Under the pieces are notes generated by a model that was not told where the DNA came from, did not search any database, and was given only the letters and a program-made list of their open reading frames with translations. The translations under genes were made by a program, and so were the position numbers. From Gekko japonicus (lineage: Eukaryota), in assembly GCF_001447785.1 (NCBI RefSeq), contig NW_015172097.1:47296-111295 (forward strand): 64,000 nt of DNA, given 5' to 3'. Positions 1 through 11,592 of the stretch are shown here, piece by piece (position 1 is the stretch's first letter; each line of letters begins with the position of its first letter).

Positions 1-96
1 GAAGAATTCTAGCGCGGACTCGGCGCCCTGGACCCAGTCTTGCGGGTGGGCTGTGTCGAAGGACGGTAGCAGCCCTAGCCCGGGAGCGGTAGCCAT
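1..96 (-). CDS. N-terminus of Gypsy-type gag, running off the window
   Basis: ATG at 96(-), ~120 nt downstream of a PBS. Translates MATAPGLGLLPSFDTAHPQDWVQGAESALEFF, resembling the Gypsy Gag N-terminal F-D...W...LE.FF pattern. Confidence 0.6.
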   Translation of the reverse strand, partial: MATAPGLGLLPSFDTAHPQDWVQGAESALEFF

Positions 97-518
97 TGTG
101 CGCGTCGGAGGGGGTGCGGGAGGAGCGGTCGAGTTGTTCGATGGTTCGCTCATCGGATCGGCTGCTTCGCGTCCTCCTGGTTCCTCGCGACGGCCCGGCT
201 CAGATGCGGCTAGATCCCACCTTCGTCGCCACTATTGTGTAGTGGGAGCCGCATGGATCGACGACAGACAACGACGTGGCGCATAGCACGCTTTATTAGG
301 CACACAACAAGACAAAGACAAACGGCCAGCAGGCCAACTATATACACACCTGGGGACCACCCCTTGGTCACCATTGGTGGGTTTGAATCTCCCACCATGG
401 CTCCCATTGGTTCCCCAGTGGAGGGACTAGGATCCTAGTCCCCATTGTCTTCCCAGACTGAAGCTCGGGTATATGCGCTGACCTCCGGTGGCGGTCAGTG
501 GACACAACACATCAGACA
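1..518 (-). mobile_element. 5' end of a Gypsy LTR retrotransposon (5' LTR, PBS, leader, gag start)
   Basis: Minus-strand PBS TGGCGACGAAGGTGGGAT at 231-214, complementary to the tRNA-Ser(GCU) 3' end. It lies 4 nt from an LTR end ...CACTACACA (236). Minus-strand AATAAA at ~297-292, a TATA-like motif at ~340 and CCAAT boxes. The outer LTR boundary (~518) is uncertain. Confidence 0.75.
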
Positions 519-3134
519 TGGAAAAGTGGCATGACTGGGCCTAGACCAAAACTTTATAAGACGTGGAAGAGATGGAAAGGGGGCAATGGGGAGGGATCCA
601 CAGTTTACAGCAAAGGCAATTAACAGAAGACCAGCAGGACAGCTGTGTTAGGGATGTGCACTTGGAAAAAAATCAGAATTTTTCAGGTTTCGATTTCAGG
701 AAGGGTTCCCATAGTGGCATTTCAGATTATCTGGGTCCCTAATACCATTTTGGAATTTGGATTCTTTGGCTTGGCAAGGATTCTGAAATCTTTTGGGACC
801 ATTTTTTCCTATAGGGGACTCTTTCCAGAGGCTTGGGGGGAAAATAACACCAAAGTTTCAGAGAGCCCAGTCCTGTCTGTCCCCTAAAGACCTCCCCAAG
901 ATTCAAGGAAATGGGATCAAGGTGCTACAAGAATCCTTCCCTCATGAATAGTGTTTTACACAAAAGGTTGACAACAACCTGAGTAAAAACAAAGCTCATC
1001 ACACTTGGTTACCATGAATCTTTGTGGATCTTATATTTAGCTACAAGTAAATAATTCCATGAGGGGCTGATGCAAAACAAAATAAGGGTAGATGTATTTT
1101 GTGGTATTTTAAAAACTTTCAGTCACAAAAAACATACTTTTGCTGTGTCTAAAAAGCAAAACTAATGCAGGTTGTTGGGGAAAGTTCTATAAATAACACA
1201 AAATGAAGAAATTTCAACTTGCTTCTTTGTCCAGTATAAATGCAAAAATATCCTAAATCGTAAATGAATGAGATACTGAAGTTACACTTAGAATGGATAG
1301 TTGCAATGACCTGTTATTAGTCCCACACTACTCAGAAACTGAAATTATATTACTTTTACATTTTTGGTAAGCTGAATTTTCTAAACACCATCCTTGCATA
1401 CGAAAGTCTGAAGTTGTTCTACAGTATTTTTTAAGGGGGGGGGGTGGAACAAGCAAAATTCCTGAACTGGTTTAAAAAAAAAAATCTGTATTTTTAACCA
1501 AGTTTAGTCAATTTCTTCATGCGTTCTTTGGACAAGCTACAAAGCATTTCACATCAAGACAGTAAATAAAAAATGCCGGCATCCACACTTGTCAGTTATT
1601 CAACATACATGCTAAATGTATGAATTCAACCTTTTATCACTGAATAAATCCATTCCTGGCTGACTGTCGCTACCTGGACACAACTCATTCTTCAGCAATA
1701 CTATTGGTTTAATTTTTTCCACTCTCATTCCCTAAGCAGCAGTACTAAAGGTGCATCTAGCACAACTAGAAGTATGGTTACAGGGCCAACTGTTTCCCAA
1801 CTTTTGCCACTATAAAGACCATCTATGGGAAAGAAATTCATTAGCAAAACCACTTAGTCAGACGGCTCCCTCTGGAGGTCATTTTGTTCCTCTAGGAAAA
1901 AAATCTGAGCATTTATGTATAAAAGAACAAAAACTAACCATGGTAGACAACAGCACTTATAATACGTGTGTGTGAGAGTTATTGTCATGTCTTTTAGACT
2001 AACTGCTGTTAAGAACTTATTCCACAATTCTAGACAGAATCTGTGTAATGGTGGATTACAGGAGTCTGGGAAGTCACTTTGTTCTCACTGCCAGCACTAC
2101 AGCAGGAAACCCTCATGCTAAAACAGCTAATCGGCAAGAAACTAAAACAAGAGAAAAATTCTGCAAAATGTCACCGCTCCACTAACCATTCTTTATTTGA
2201 TGCTGTACAACCTTTCCTTCTTCTGCTTGGTTTCATTACATTAAGAGGCAGAGAGGTCTGTAAACAGATTTGCTTCGTTTCCATGCAACTTGCCAAATTT
2301 CCATTTTGTGAAACCAATTTCAATTAGAAAAAAAGGAGGACCAAATCCCATGGACCATTCCAACATCCATTTTGCACAATACATTTTTTGTTCCAAATAG
2401 AGGGCAAAACACTGGAAGTGAAGAAGTTCAGCCCCTGGGAATCAAATCGAAGTTGTTGTTTTTAAAGGCCACCCTAAGAAAAGCTCACTGATGGGGAAAC
2501 TGATTAAAGTTTTGACTGCCAGCAGTGTGTATGTATTAACTGCAGTTCATATTTTTTTAATTAATTTACTTTTAGTACCTTTCAGCTTAAGTTGTGCACA
2601 GGAAAATGCTCCCAAGCCACAAACTTGGCTAAAACCGCTTAAAAACAAAGACTGATCAAATACTAAAACCGCTTAAAGAGCAAGACAGCTGAATGATGAG
2701 ATCTCTGCACACTGTCAGTTCCGGATACTCCTCTTTCAAGAAACACCCCTCCCATGCATCACTGAATCAACTTTTCAGGTAGCAGCACAAGGAGCAGAGG
2801 ACAGCAAGAAAAGCTACTGCATATGCAAGCAACAAGATAAACTCTTGGAATAACAGCTATTGTCAAAAGACGGTGATGGTGGAAGGAAAAAAGGATTCCA
2901 AGTTGACTTCATTGATTTGAGATTATGGCAGAGGTAGAGATGAGCAGAGAAGGCCTATCACTTGAGAAACAGTGACAAAAGGTTGAAAACGCATTACAGA
3001 AGAGCTTATAACTAAAAGACAATACGGGAGCTAGCACTGCTAGTTTACAGAAGTTAGTTTAATAATGAAAAAATTACTGTATCTTTATTTATATGCCAAT
3101 AAAAGGCTTTAGATGGAATAATGAAAAAAGTAAA

Positions 3135-3284
3135 NNNNNNNNNNNNNNNNNNNNNNNNNNNNNNNNNNNNNNNNNNNNNNNNNNNNNNNNNNNNNNNNNN
3201 NNNNNNNNNNNNNNNNNNNNNNNNNNNNNNNNNNNNNNNNNNNNNNNNNNNNNNNNNNNNNNNNNNNNNNNNNNNNNNNNNNNN
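3135..3284. other. assembly gap (N run); further gaps at 23120-23416, 23702-24203 and 31658-31792
   Basis: Runs of n in the sequence. Confidence 1.
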
Positions 3285-3520
3285 ACCCAAGGGAGTCTCA
3301 GAGTGGCTTACAAACTCCTTCCCCGCCCCCACAGCAGACACCCTTGTGAGGTAGGTAGGGCTCAGAGAGCTCTGACAGAAACTGCTCTTTTTCAAGAACA
3401 GCTGTGCCAGAACTATGGCTTGCCCAAGGTCATCCAGCAGCTGCAAGTGGAGGAGTGGGGAATCAAACCCGGTTCTCCCAGATTAGAGTCCGCACACTTA
3501 ACCACTACACCAAACTGGCT
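3285..3520 (-). mobile_element. Squam3-like tRNA-derived SINE (3' end in gap)
   Basis: Reverse complement AGCCAGTTTGGTGTAGTGGTTAAG...GGTTTGATTCCCC gives A/B-box head. Body is shared with copies at 34657, 51621 and 54567. Confidence 0.85.
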
Positions 3521-4078
3521 ACACCAAAATAAACCACATTCACTTGATACGTCTGCTGAATGCTCAGACTGATTACTGCACTGTGCGCCACACAGAAATG
3601 TACTGGACAATGGTCTAGAAAGTTCAACTAGTGCAAAACTCTGCTGTTTACCTCTTAATAGGAACCAGTTGCATGGAGCACATTAAGAAGCAATTCTTGT
3701 TCAACTACATAAACTTCCTGCATTTTTTCAGGCCAAATCCAAGATGTTCATTATTAGAATAAAAGGTTTTTTTAAAAAAAAAACCTGGGCCCAACAGATG
3801 GGCATCTACCCTTAAATGAACATTTCTGGACTGCAGGATCTTCAAGAGAGGTTCTGTTTAAAGTCTTGTATTTGTGATGCCACAATTACAGGGCACCTCC
3901 CCAATAAAGGTCCACCAAATGTCTCATTATCCAGTTTAAGCAGCTTGTAAAAAAAATAGTTTTCCACGCTTTTAAAAAAATGTGTTCATGGGTAGGATCT
4001 GTTCAAAATCATTTCATATAGAGAACATGACAGAGATCAGGAGGATCGTTAGATAGAATATCATTCCAAATTCAGGGG

Positions 4079-4260
4079 CATCATTATTAGGGATTTTTCA
4101 AGGACAAAATAAATATTTGTTGCATAAGAAGCTAATATTCTCCCGTCTCTCTCTAACTCTTGATTTGAAACTGCTAGGAAATGTAAAGCAGCAACAAGCT
4201 TTTGTGTTTAATCCTGACACAGGCAGTGTGAGACGAGGCATTGATGAAGCAGCCAACTTT
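4079..4260. repeat. unclassified ~175-bp element, copy 1 (copy 2 at 11593-11761)
   Basis: Identical blocks CATCATTATTAGGGATTTTTCAAG, TGTTGCATAA, GCAACAAGC, AATCCTGACACAGGCAGTGTG and TGATGAAGCAG occur in the same order in both copies. Confidence 0.85.
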
Positions 4261-4563
4261 TCACTTACGATACATGAAAGATTATTCACATTCTGATAAA
4301 TTCATTGGAAAAATGTACAGGTTCTATGTTAATGACAGCCCTGATACTGTGAGATCTTCTTCAATGATGTATTCTTTTGTGGCAAATACTACTGCCAGTT
4401 AACTGGAATGGTCAGGAGTCAAACTTCAAACTTGTTGATTTGGATGTAAATTACTGAACTGCTATTACCAGCTTTTGCATCAAAATGAAAAATTGTTGCA
4501 TTTCTTCTCCCCCACAACAAGTTTCCATGACTTGGCCCTGCGCGGCGGGACTATCCTGTAATG

Positions 4564-4799
4564 CAGTGATCCTCAACATGGTACCTGTGGCCATTATGGT
4601 GCCCTCAGTAGGGGCCAGAAGGCATCACATATGGATCTGCAGGGAGAACTAATTCAGAAGCAGCTGACTGAATCATAGCAGAATGCATGGCTTGGAATCG
4701 CCCAACATTCTGTCAGTGCCCCACTGGCAGCCATTTTGTAGAGGTGCTCACTATCCTTTCTCAAAATTCCCACAGACTTAGCAAGTTTGGGGATCTCTG
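4564..4799. mobile_element. hAT (Charlie-like) MITE
   Basis: Imperfect TIRs CAGTGATCCTCAAC / GTTTGGGGATCTCTG; 8-bp TSD CTGTAATG/CTCTAATG. Confidence 0.65.
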
Positions 4800-4985
4800 C
4801 TCTAATGAACGAGAAGTCATTAGTTCTAAAATTTTGCTGTATTATAGTCTAGATTTTTGACTAATTAGCTACAATACAATGAAAATAATAAGATTGTACT
4901 TATACAATCTTGCATTAGCAACAGCACCACTACCACTATATGTGTATGCCTTGCAGTTATTGAACATCTGAAAATTACTATATAC

Positions 4986-5627
4986 TAGGGTTGCCAGCCT
5001 CCAGGTGGTAGACAATGAAGAAAACAGCCGTGATGTAGTATTATGAAAATATATATTTAAACTGCTATTTTGCAGTGAGTAGTATTTTTTCAACAGGTAA
5101 TCAAGATGTACGCACACACACAACGGAATTTGCATATATTCCTGTTTCACATGACCGCTTTATCTCAGTGTGCTGCGTGAATAACATTACTTTACAAGTC
5201 AACAATACTCATCTGTGAACTTAACACTCAACATTATTCCCACTTCAATGAAACAAATTCTTAACATGCTCATGTTCTGTTGTGTGTGTGCGTACATCTT
5301 GATTACCTGTTGAAGAAATACTACTCACTGCAAAATAGCAGTTTAAATATATATTTTCATGATACTACATCATGGCTGTTTTCTTCATTGTCTGCATCCT
5401 TCCCGTGATCTCTCTGTTGTTTCTACACACAGCCTCAAGGTGGTGGCTGGAGATCTTCCGCTATTACAACTGAACTCCAGGTGACAGAGATCAGTTCACC
5501 TGGAGAAAATGGCCACTTTAGAAGTTGGATCCTATGGCATCCTTCCCCTCCCCAAACCCTGCCCTCTTCAGGCTCTGCCCCCCAAATCTCCAGGTATTCC
5601 CCAACCAGGAGGTTCCTTGCAACCCTA
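4986..5627. mobile_element. TAGGGTTGC-TIR MITE interrupted by a fold-back insertion
   Basis: TIRs TAGGGTTGC...GCAACCCTA; the body resumes after 5444. Confidence 0.7.
5010..5429. mobile_element. fold-back insertion, probably a Penelope-like element remnant
   Basis: 119-bp inverted arms (5010-5128 / 5275-5393, ~4 mismatches), a 36-nt tail and a 15-bp TSD CAGCCTC(C/A)AGGTGGT at 4995-5009 / 5430-5444. Confidence 0.6.
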
Positions 5628-5933
5628 CTTATGCAGCTTAAAAGATAAATAAGTTTAGACAATACTGGACTGACCCAAAGACTTAGTCGTCCAAAGAACA
5701 AAGCTCTAGTCCATAAAGAAGCCCTCTGATTTTAAAGAAGTCAAAAGTTAGCACTGGAAGGCAGTTTACAGTCAATCCCAACTCATAATTCTTGAGCTGA
5801 TCACTGTAAATCACTTACAGGACCTAGTGCAGGATGCAAGAAGACAAAAAAAGTACTTTTCTGACAAAAATCACACTTGAAACAAAATTAGAAGTTGTAC
5901 AAGAAATCTTTTCTTAACAAGGCTTGCAGTGCC

Positions 5934-6226
5934 TAGTGTTGCCAGGTTGACTTACCTGGCCAGCGGGGGTTTTCCAACATCCTTCTGGGAAACCGGAAGT
6001 GATGTTGGGCATTCTCAGGCCTACTTCCAGTTTGGGGGCTATTTCTGATCAGGGTGACACTGGTTTTTGGGCAAAACTCTATGGTAGATTCGGCTTCAAA
6101 CCATAGAGTTTTGCCCAAAAACCAGAGCATCACCCCTGACTGGAAGTAGGACTGAAACTGGAAGTAGGCCCGAAAAGGTCAGTGGGGGGGGGATTCCCCT
6201 GCTCCCACGGGGGGCTGGCAACCCTA
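5934..6226. mobile_element. hAT MITE (TAGGGTTGCCA-type TIR)
   Basis: TIRs TAGTGTTGCCAG / CTGGCAACCCTA; exact 8-bp TSD GCAGTGCC at 5926-5933 and 6227-6234. Confidence 0.8.
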
Positions 6227-6227
6227 G

Positions 6228-6313
6228 CAGTGCCATCCTAAGTAGAGTTATATTGTTCTAAACCCAGTTATTTCAGTGGCCATAGAAGGGAGTAACTACT
6301 TAGAATGGCACTG
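6228..6313. mobile_element. ~85-bp palindromic mini-MITE (relatives at ~7036-7355 and ~18441-18525)
   Basis: Inverted ends CAGTGCCATCCTAAG...CTTAGAATGGCACTG. Confidence 0.6.
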
Positions 6314-7086
6314 ATGTTTACCTAATACAGTAAAAGTTTCACTGTACACACAGACATAGCAATACACTTTTGACAGTGATAACATCAAAATAGGAACCCA
6401 AAGAAAAACATTCATGTTAACTTAAATGTTATCAGCATTTCTCTTTGTCTTTAGACAAGTTAGAAAATGGTTGTTTCAATGATCTAAGCAGGCAACATGA
6501 AACCTAATTTTCTACAACTATATTTAGGATTCTTTGTTATAAACCAAAATTAAGAACCTTAATGCTAACATTCCTGACCACACAAAGGCCTATTGTTTCA
6601 AAATAAATCTTGATAAACGAATAAGAATGGCCAACCTTTGGTGGCAACAGATTTTCCACAAAGCTCAATATTGATCACTTTCAAGACTAAACCAATGTAT
6701 CCAGCTTTATATCACTTTATTTTCATGTTTTCTATATTTCTTTCATGTAATGTTGCCGTCATGAATACAGCACCTTAGTCACATCATGTGGCACATTCCC
6801 TTGCTATTACTAGCTGCTATCACGTAGAAATTAACACATCCACATAGCTAAGGTAGCACATAGACAAACACAAACAAAAGTAATAGCTGTGACATATGAG
6901 GAAAGAAAGTGACAAACAAGAACAAAGGATCACACAAAAGAATACTCCAAGTATGTAATTATTTTAAAAATGCAATCAAATGGTTTGAAACAACTGAGTT
7001 ACTAAAAGGATTTTTTCATTATTTTAAAACATACCATTTACATGAACATTTTCCACAGTGCAATCCTATCTACGTTGACTCACAAG

Positions 7087-7291
7087 CCGTGTTCCCTCTA
7101 AGCTGAGTTAGTGTGAGCAAGCTCACAGGTTTTTAGCCTCTGGCTCACACGTTTTTGTCTTAGCTCAGGAAGGATGGCTCCACAGCAAACTAAATGATGC
7201 AATAGCCAAATCGCTCGCTCACGACTTTAATGCCAGTAGCTCACAAAGTAGAATTTTGTTCACAAGACTCCACAGTTTAGAGGGAACATTA
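7087..7291 (+). mobile_element. ~205-bp hAT MITE (CAGTGTTCCCTCTAAGC family)
   Basis: TIRs and exact 8-bp TSD CTCACAAG (7079-7086, 7292-7299). Same family at 13003, 14322, 15146 and 16443. Confidence 0.85.
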
Positions 7292-9082
7292 CTCACAAGT
7301 AAGTCTTACTGTATTCAAAGGAGTTTAGTCCCAGGAAGGTGTGCATAGGTTTGTAGCACAAAAGCTACATTTCATTATTATTATTATATGTGATAATGTT
7401 TATACCTAGGGAAACATATGACTGTATTTTCTTTTAGATATGCTTCTATTTGCCTTAATCCTCTTAGATTAGGAAGATCTTTTTTAAAAAATCAAATAAA
7501 TTTCAACAAAAGAAATATGCCTGAAGGGAACCAGTTCTCACAATTTCAAAAACTGGAATATATTGAATGTTTGCACTAAAATAAAAAGAGGGAAAGCACT
7601 GTACTGCAAACAGCAGCTAATATTCTAGGATAGGGAGGATGAGAAAAAATATTCCTCTTTAAATTAATATTTCAATTAACACCTAAGATTAGTTCAGGTG
7701 TTTTGTTCTCTGACTGTACCACATGATTTCCCAATTTTCAAACATTTGTTCACACACCAAAATGAGAGAGATAAAATAATTTTACCAATTCATTTAATTA
7801 ATTTTTTTAGAAATTAGCAGAGGGGTCCAGCTTGCAAAGCTAATATCCAAAGGTGATTTGAATTAGATATTTGTAATTAGCTAGATTGTGTTCTTTGACT
7901 GTAATCAGTTGGTATCTTCCACAGTTCTTCCAGGTTACTCGTAATTATATTTTTTTTAATCACAGGGGGTTAAGAAAAGAGGAGCCGAAGCTGTAGAAAT
8001 CAGAGAATTAGGAAAGAGAAGTTCATAGCTATTCACACTGAGTTTTTGCAGGTTATGTCCAACAGGAACAATTTCATAATTGCTTAATTTCTTTAGGAAT
8101 AATCATTGTTAGTTTTTATAATGTAGCAGAAGAAGGAATTGAGAATATTAAAAAATTGCCAGTCCTTTATTGTTCATGGGGAAATGCTTTTGTGCACGAG
8201 CTTTTCACAAGTCTGAATTAGAATATGTAGAGCATCAAGGCAGATAGACGGTTCTATCTAGAAGCATAAGGATGATGGAAGAAATATACTGCCCAGGCAT
8301 GCATGCTGTCATCCTGAATTGCAGACAAGATGACAAGCTAAAGACCCAGCCTGCGGTCTCATCACTCAGTCATCCATCCAATCCCATCAATTGAGCAAGA
8401 CAGTAACACATGTCCCCTCTAGCTTAAATGACAGCAAAACCGTGGGTTGTAATCATAGGGTCATCTTAAAAGGACACTTGTCATTAAAGATAGCTTAGTT
8501 TAGAAACATTATGTTCATCAGAAACTACCCTAGCATAATTCCCTCTGCTAGATTTTAGTCCAGTTTAGAAAACTCAAATGAAAAAAGTGTTTGGGCTCCT
8601 AAACCCAAGCCAGCAGAGAATGCTGGGAATGCAAAATTAGCCATTTTACAGTCAACAACCAAAAAACCTCCCCAGCCTATAGACATTTATTTTAATTCTT
8701 TCCATTCCCTATCTGAAAGAGACAAAATGAGTTACAGTGATTTACAGAACAAACAACACCGTAGTATCTTAGCTATAAAGAGGAGAAACAATATTTAAGG
8801 GAAAATGCTTTTTTTAAAGGAAGTTAACATATGTAATCTAGAGGAAGACATGCTTTCAATAGAAATTCTTTTGATCAACCCTGTCCCTATTAGACATAGA
8901 TGTGTAGGATTTTTGGAAAGTATCTTCATATTAAAACCTCCCCAGCACAGAAAACTAGCATGTGAAGAGCTAGATTTTCATGTACCTGATGGCATTTTGA
9001 ACTAGTAATCCCCAATACGTATTATTAGGACATAGAGTCTTGTGAAACAGACCGTGCTTGCCCTGGGAGCAGCTACAAAGAG

Positions 9083-10187
9083 TGTAATGTATTGAAATGA
9101 TTACATGAATCACCTCATAGGACTCCCATGTTAAGCTTCAAGCCAGACCAGGGCTCCTCTGAGCGAACTTCCTATTGGTCGCTTCGTAACAGCGACCAAT
9201 CAGATCGATACCATTCCCTAGGAGGGAAAGACTCCCATTGGTCTTTATTCTAGCAATCTCATTGGTTGTTATTTGTAAATAGGCGTGGCTACATTAGCCC
9301 GGTTATGTTTAAAAGGAGCATAAGCTCCCACTGTTTTCTGTTCTGGTTTCTTACTGAGTTAGTGCTTGCTCGTTACTTCCAATAAAGCTGAATCACTTGC
9401 TGAATCACTGTACGAGTCCTTTGTTAGCGCGATCTAACAATTGGCGACGAAGGTGGGATGTTAGAGCAGGTAGGCAGCCCTGCGGACATCCACACTTCGG
9501 ACTCGGAAGAAAGCGGGCAGAGCACAGCAGCCGATCCGGCCGAAAGGCCCGGTACTGTCCCCGAGTCAGGGCAGAACCCTGTGTGCGGGGCTGAAATCCC
9601 AGTCGAGTCTGTGCCTGATCCAGGCTGTAGTGAACCCCACTCTGACCCACAACCTTGTCTGCCCGTGGAGCCTGCACCGCTCCGCAGGTCCCAGCGTTCG
9701 CGGCAAATGCCGACTTATCTGAAGGACTATGAGTGTAAATACTGTTGGAATAACTGATGTACAAAGGTTGATTGCATGTATGTAAATAATAAAACAATTG
9801 GGATGATGGCTTAACTTAGGGGGGAGGGAGTGTAATGTATTGAAATGATTACATGAATCACCTCATAGGACTCCCATGTTAAGCTTCAAGCCAGACCAGG
9901 GCTCCTCTGAGCGAACTTCCTATTGGTCGCTTCGTAACAGCGACCAATCAGATCGATACCATTCCCTAGGAGGGAAAGACTCCCATTGGTCTTTATTCTA
10001 GCAATCTCATTGGTTGTTATTTGTAAATAGGCGTGGCTACATTAGCCCGGTTATGTTTAAAAGGAGCATAAGCTCCCACTGTTTTCTGTTCTGGTTTCTT
10101 ACTGAGTTAGTGCTTGCTCGTTACTTCCAATAAAGCTGAATCACTTGCTGAATCACTGTACGAGTCCTTTGTTAGCGCGATCTAACA
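9083..10187 (+). mobile_element. non-autonomous TRIM-like Gypsy LTR retrotransposon, 1105 bp
   Basis: Two apparently identical 357-bp TG...CA LTRs (9083-9439, 9831-10187). 5-bp TSD AAGAG, tRNA-Ser(GCU) PBS at 9442-9459, PPT AGGGGGGAGGGAG ending at 9830, AATAAA at 9381. Interior is only 391 bp. Confidence 0.95.
9458..9757 (+). pseudogene. 99-aa ORF, remnant of the Gypsy pol C-terminal tail
   Basis: Pro/Ser/Glu-rich linker ending LRRSQRSRQMPTYLKDY, matching the R-R-S-x-R...P-x-Y-L-x-D-Y motif at Gypsy integrase C-termini. Confidence 0.7.
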
Positions 10188-11592
10188 AAGAGGGTGGAAG
10201 TAATATTTACTTATAAAAACATATCAATGGCCTTTGCAGTTCAAAGTAGTTTAACAAGTTCTCCCCCCACCCCCAACTACACATGCATGCATAAAAAACT
10301 GTCTTTGCTGCAAATGCACGATTACGTTCCAAAAGAAAATGTTAATCGAACATAAACAATGAAGTTTATTATGCACTCGTAATATGCAATGTTGTAAGTG
10401 CTCTGGAAATAAAGTTGTATTTGTACCTGGGTATTCATTTGAATGCAGTCTAAATTAACCACACAGTATATGCTCTTTAAATAAATTCAGGCACCTTCCA
10501 TGACAGTTGCATCTCCAAACAGAACTAGATTTTCATGACAATATGTTAGCACAGCATTCAAAATAAGCTGTTGTCAGAAAACGAATTTAAAAATTTGCAC
10601 TGAGATAATCCCTACAAGTACAATTTTCCCATCACGCTGACAGAAAGTGCTTTTGCCCAACTCAGATGTAGCACATGGCTTTTAAGCACATAAATGTTTT
10701 CCAAAGAAATGCACCTTCAGTGAGAAGACTATTTTTATGTAACAATGTTAATATTTTCATCTGATGCTATGGATGATTATGCATTTACCACAAAGTGCAG
10801 TTTTGGAACTACATATTTATATGGATCCTTTCCACCCAATTTATTCTTCATGTTGAACATCTCCCTTTAATACAGATCTACATGGAACAGCTGCTCTTTT
10901 CCCTCACTCATGAGAGAATCTCAAAACAAATTATCTGTGTTGTTCTTCCAAAGAAAGGGGCAGGAGCATTATCAAGTGACAACATTTACAAGTCCTTAGT
11001 TGTGTTTGGAACCTGAACACCCTAATTCTTTTCATAACATATTTGTTTTCACAAAAACCTATCAAAAACACAAATTTAGGGGGGGAATGTAATAAACCTA
11101 TGTGCATTGCTGGAGACTTTAGTACTAATAGCATTGGAGCCCCAATTCACATGATCAAATTTAAGGGTCCAAACTCCACCTGATGCTCTTGCAGTGGCAC
11201 CAGCAATCAACCCAGGACCCAAACTGCCAGCACAACCCTGTACCTGCGTTCATGCACTAATTGGTTCATTTGGCAAATGAAGCACAGGCAAATGGTGCTG
11301 GTTCTGTTGCCATGGCACAAGCCGCATTGGACTCTGAAGCAGTTGAAGGGGACTTACAGAGTCAATCTGTTAGGGATGCAGCTCATTTGAACACAAAAAT
11401 TAAAGAAGAAGACATTGCCAAGATCTGAGAATCATGCAAGATCTAGCATATTCCTCCAAAGTACTGAGGGTGCACTATTCTGGGCACCAATGGGCTTGAG
11501 CGCTTGCACTTCAGATGTGGTAGCACCATCATCATGCTCTTAGAAAAGGAGGGAGAACTTTGTAAAGACATCACCTGATCATTTTTAAGGTC

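Noticed and set aside
3054-3572. ORFs spanning N runs (also 22971-24246)
   Set aside because: Their length comes from assembly gaps; only the hAT frame has recognisable motifs.
4240-4300. TGATGA as the C box of a C/D snoRNA
   Set aside because: It lies at the 3' end of the shared block, and the downstream sequence and a D box are not conserved in the second copy.
8640-8713. Minus-strand splice acceptor (TTTTGTCTCTTTCAG) at ~8713
   Set aside because: No matching donor, early stops and no recognisable peptide.
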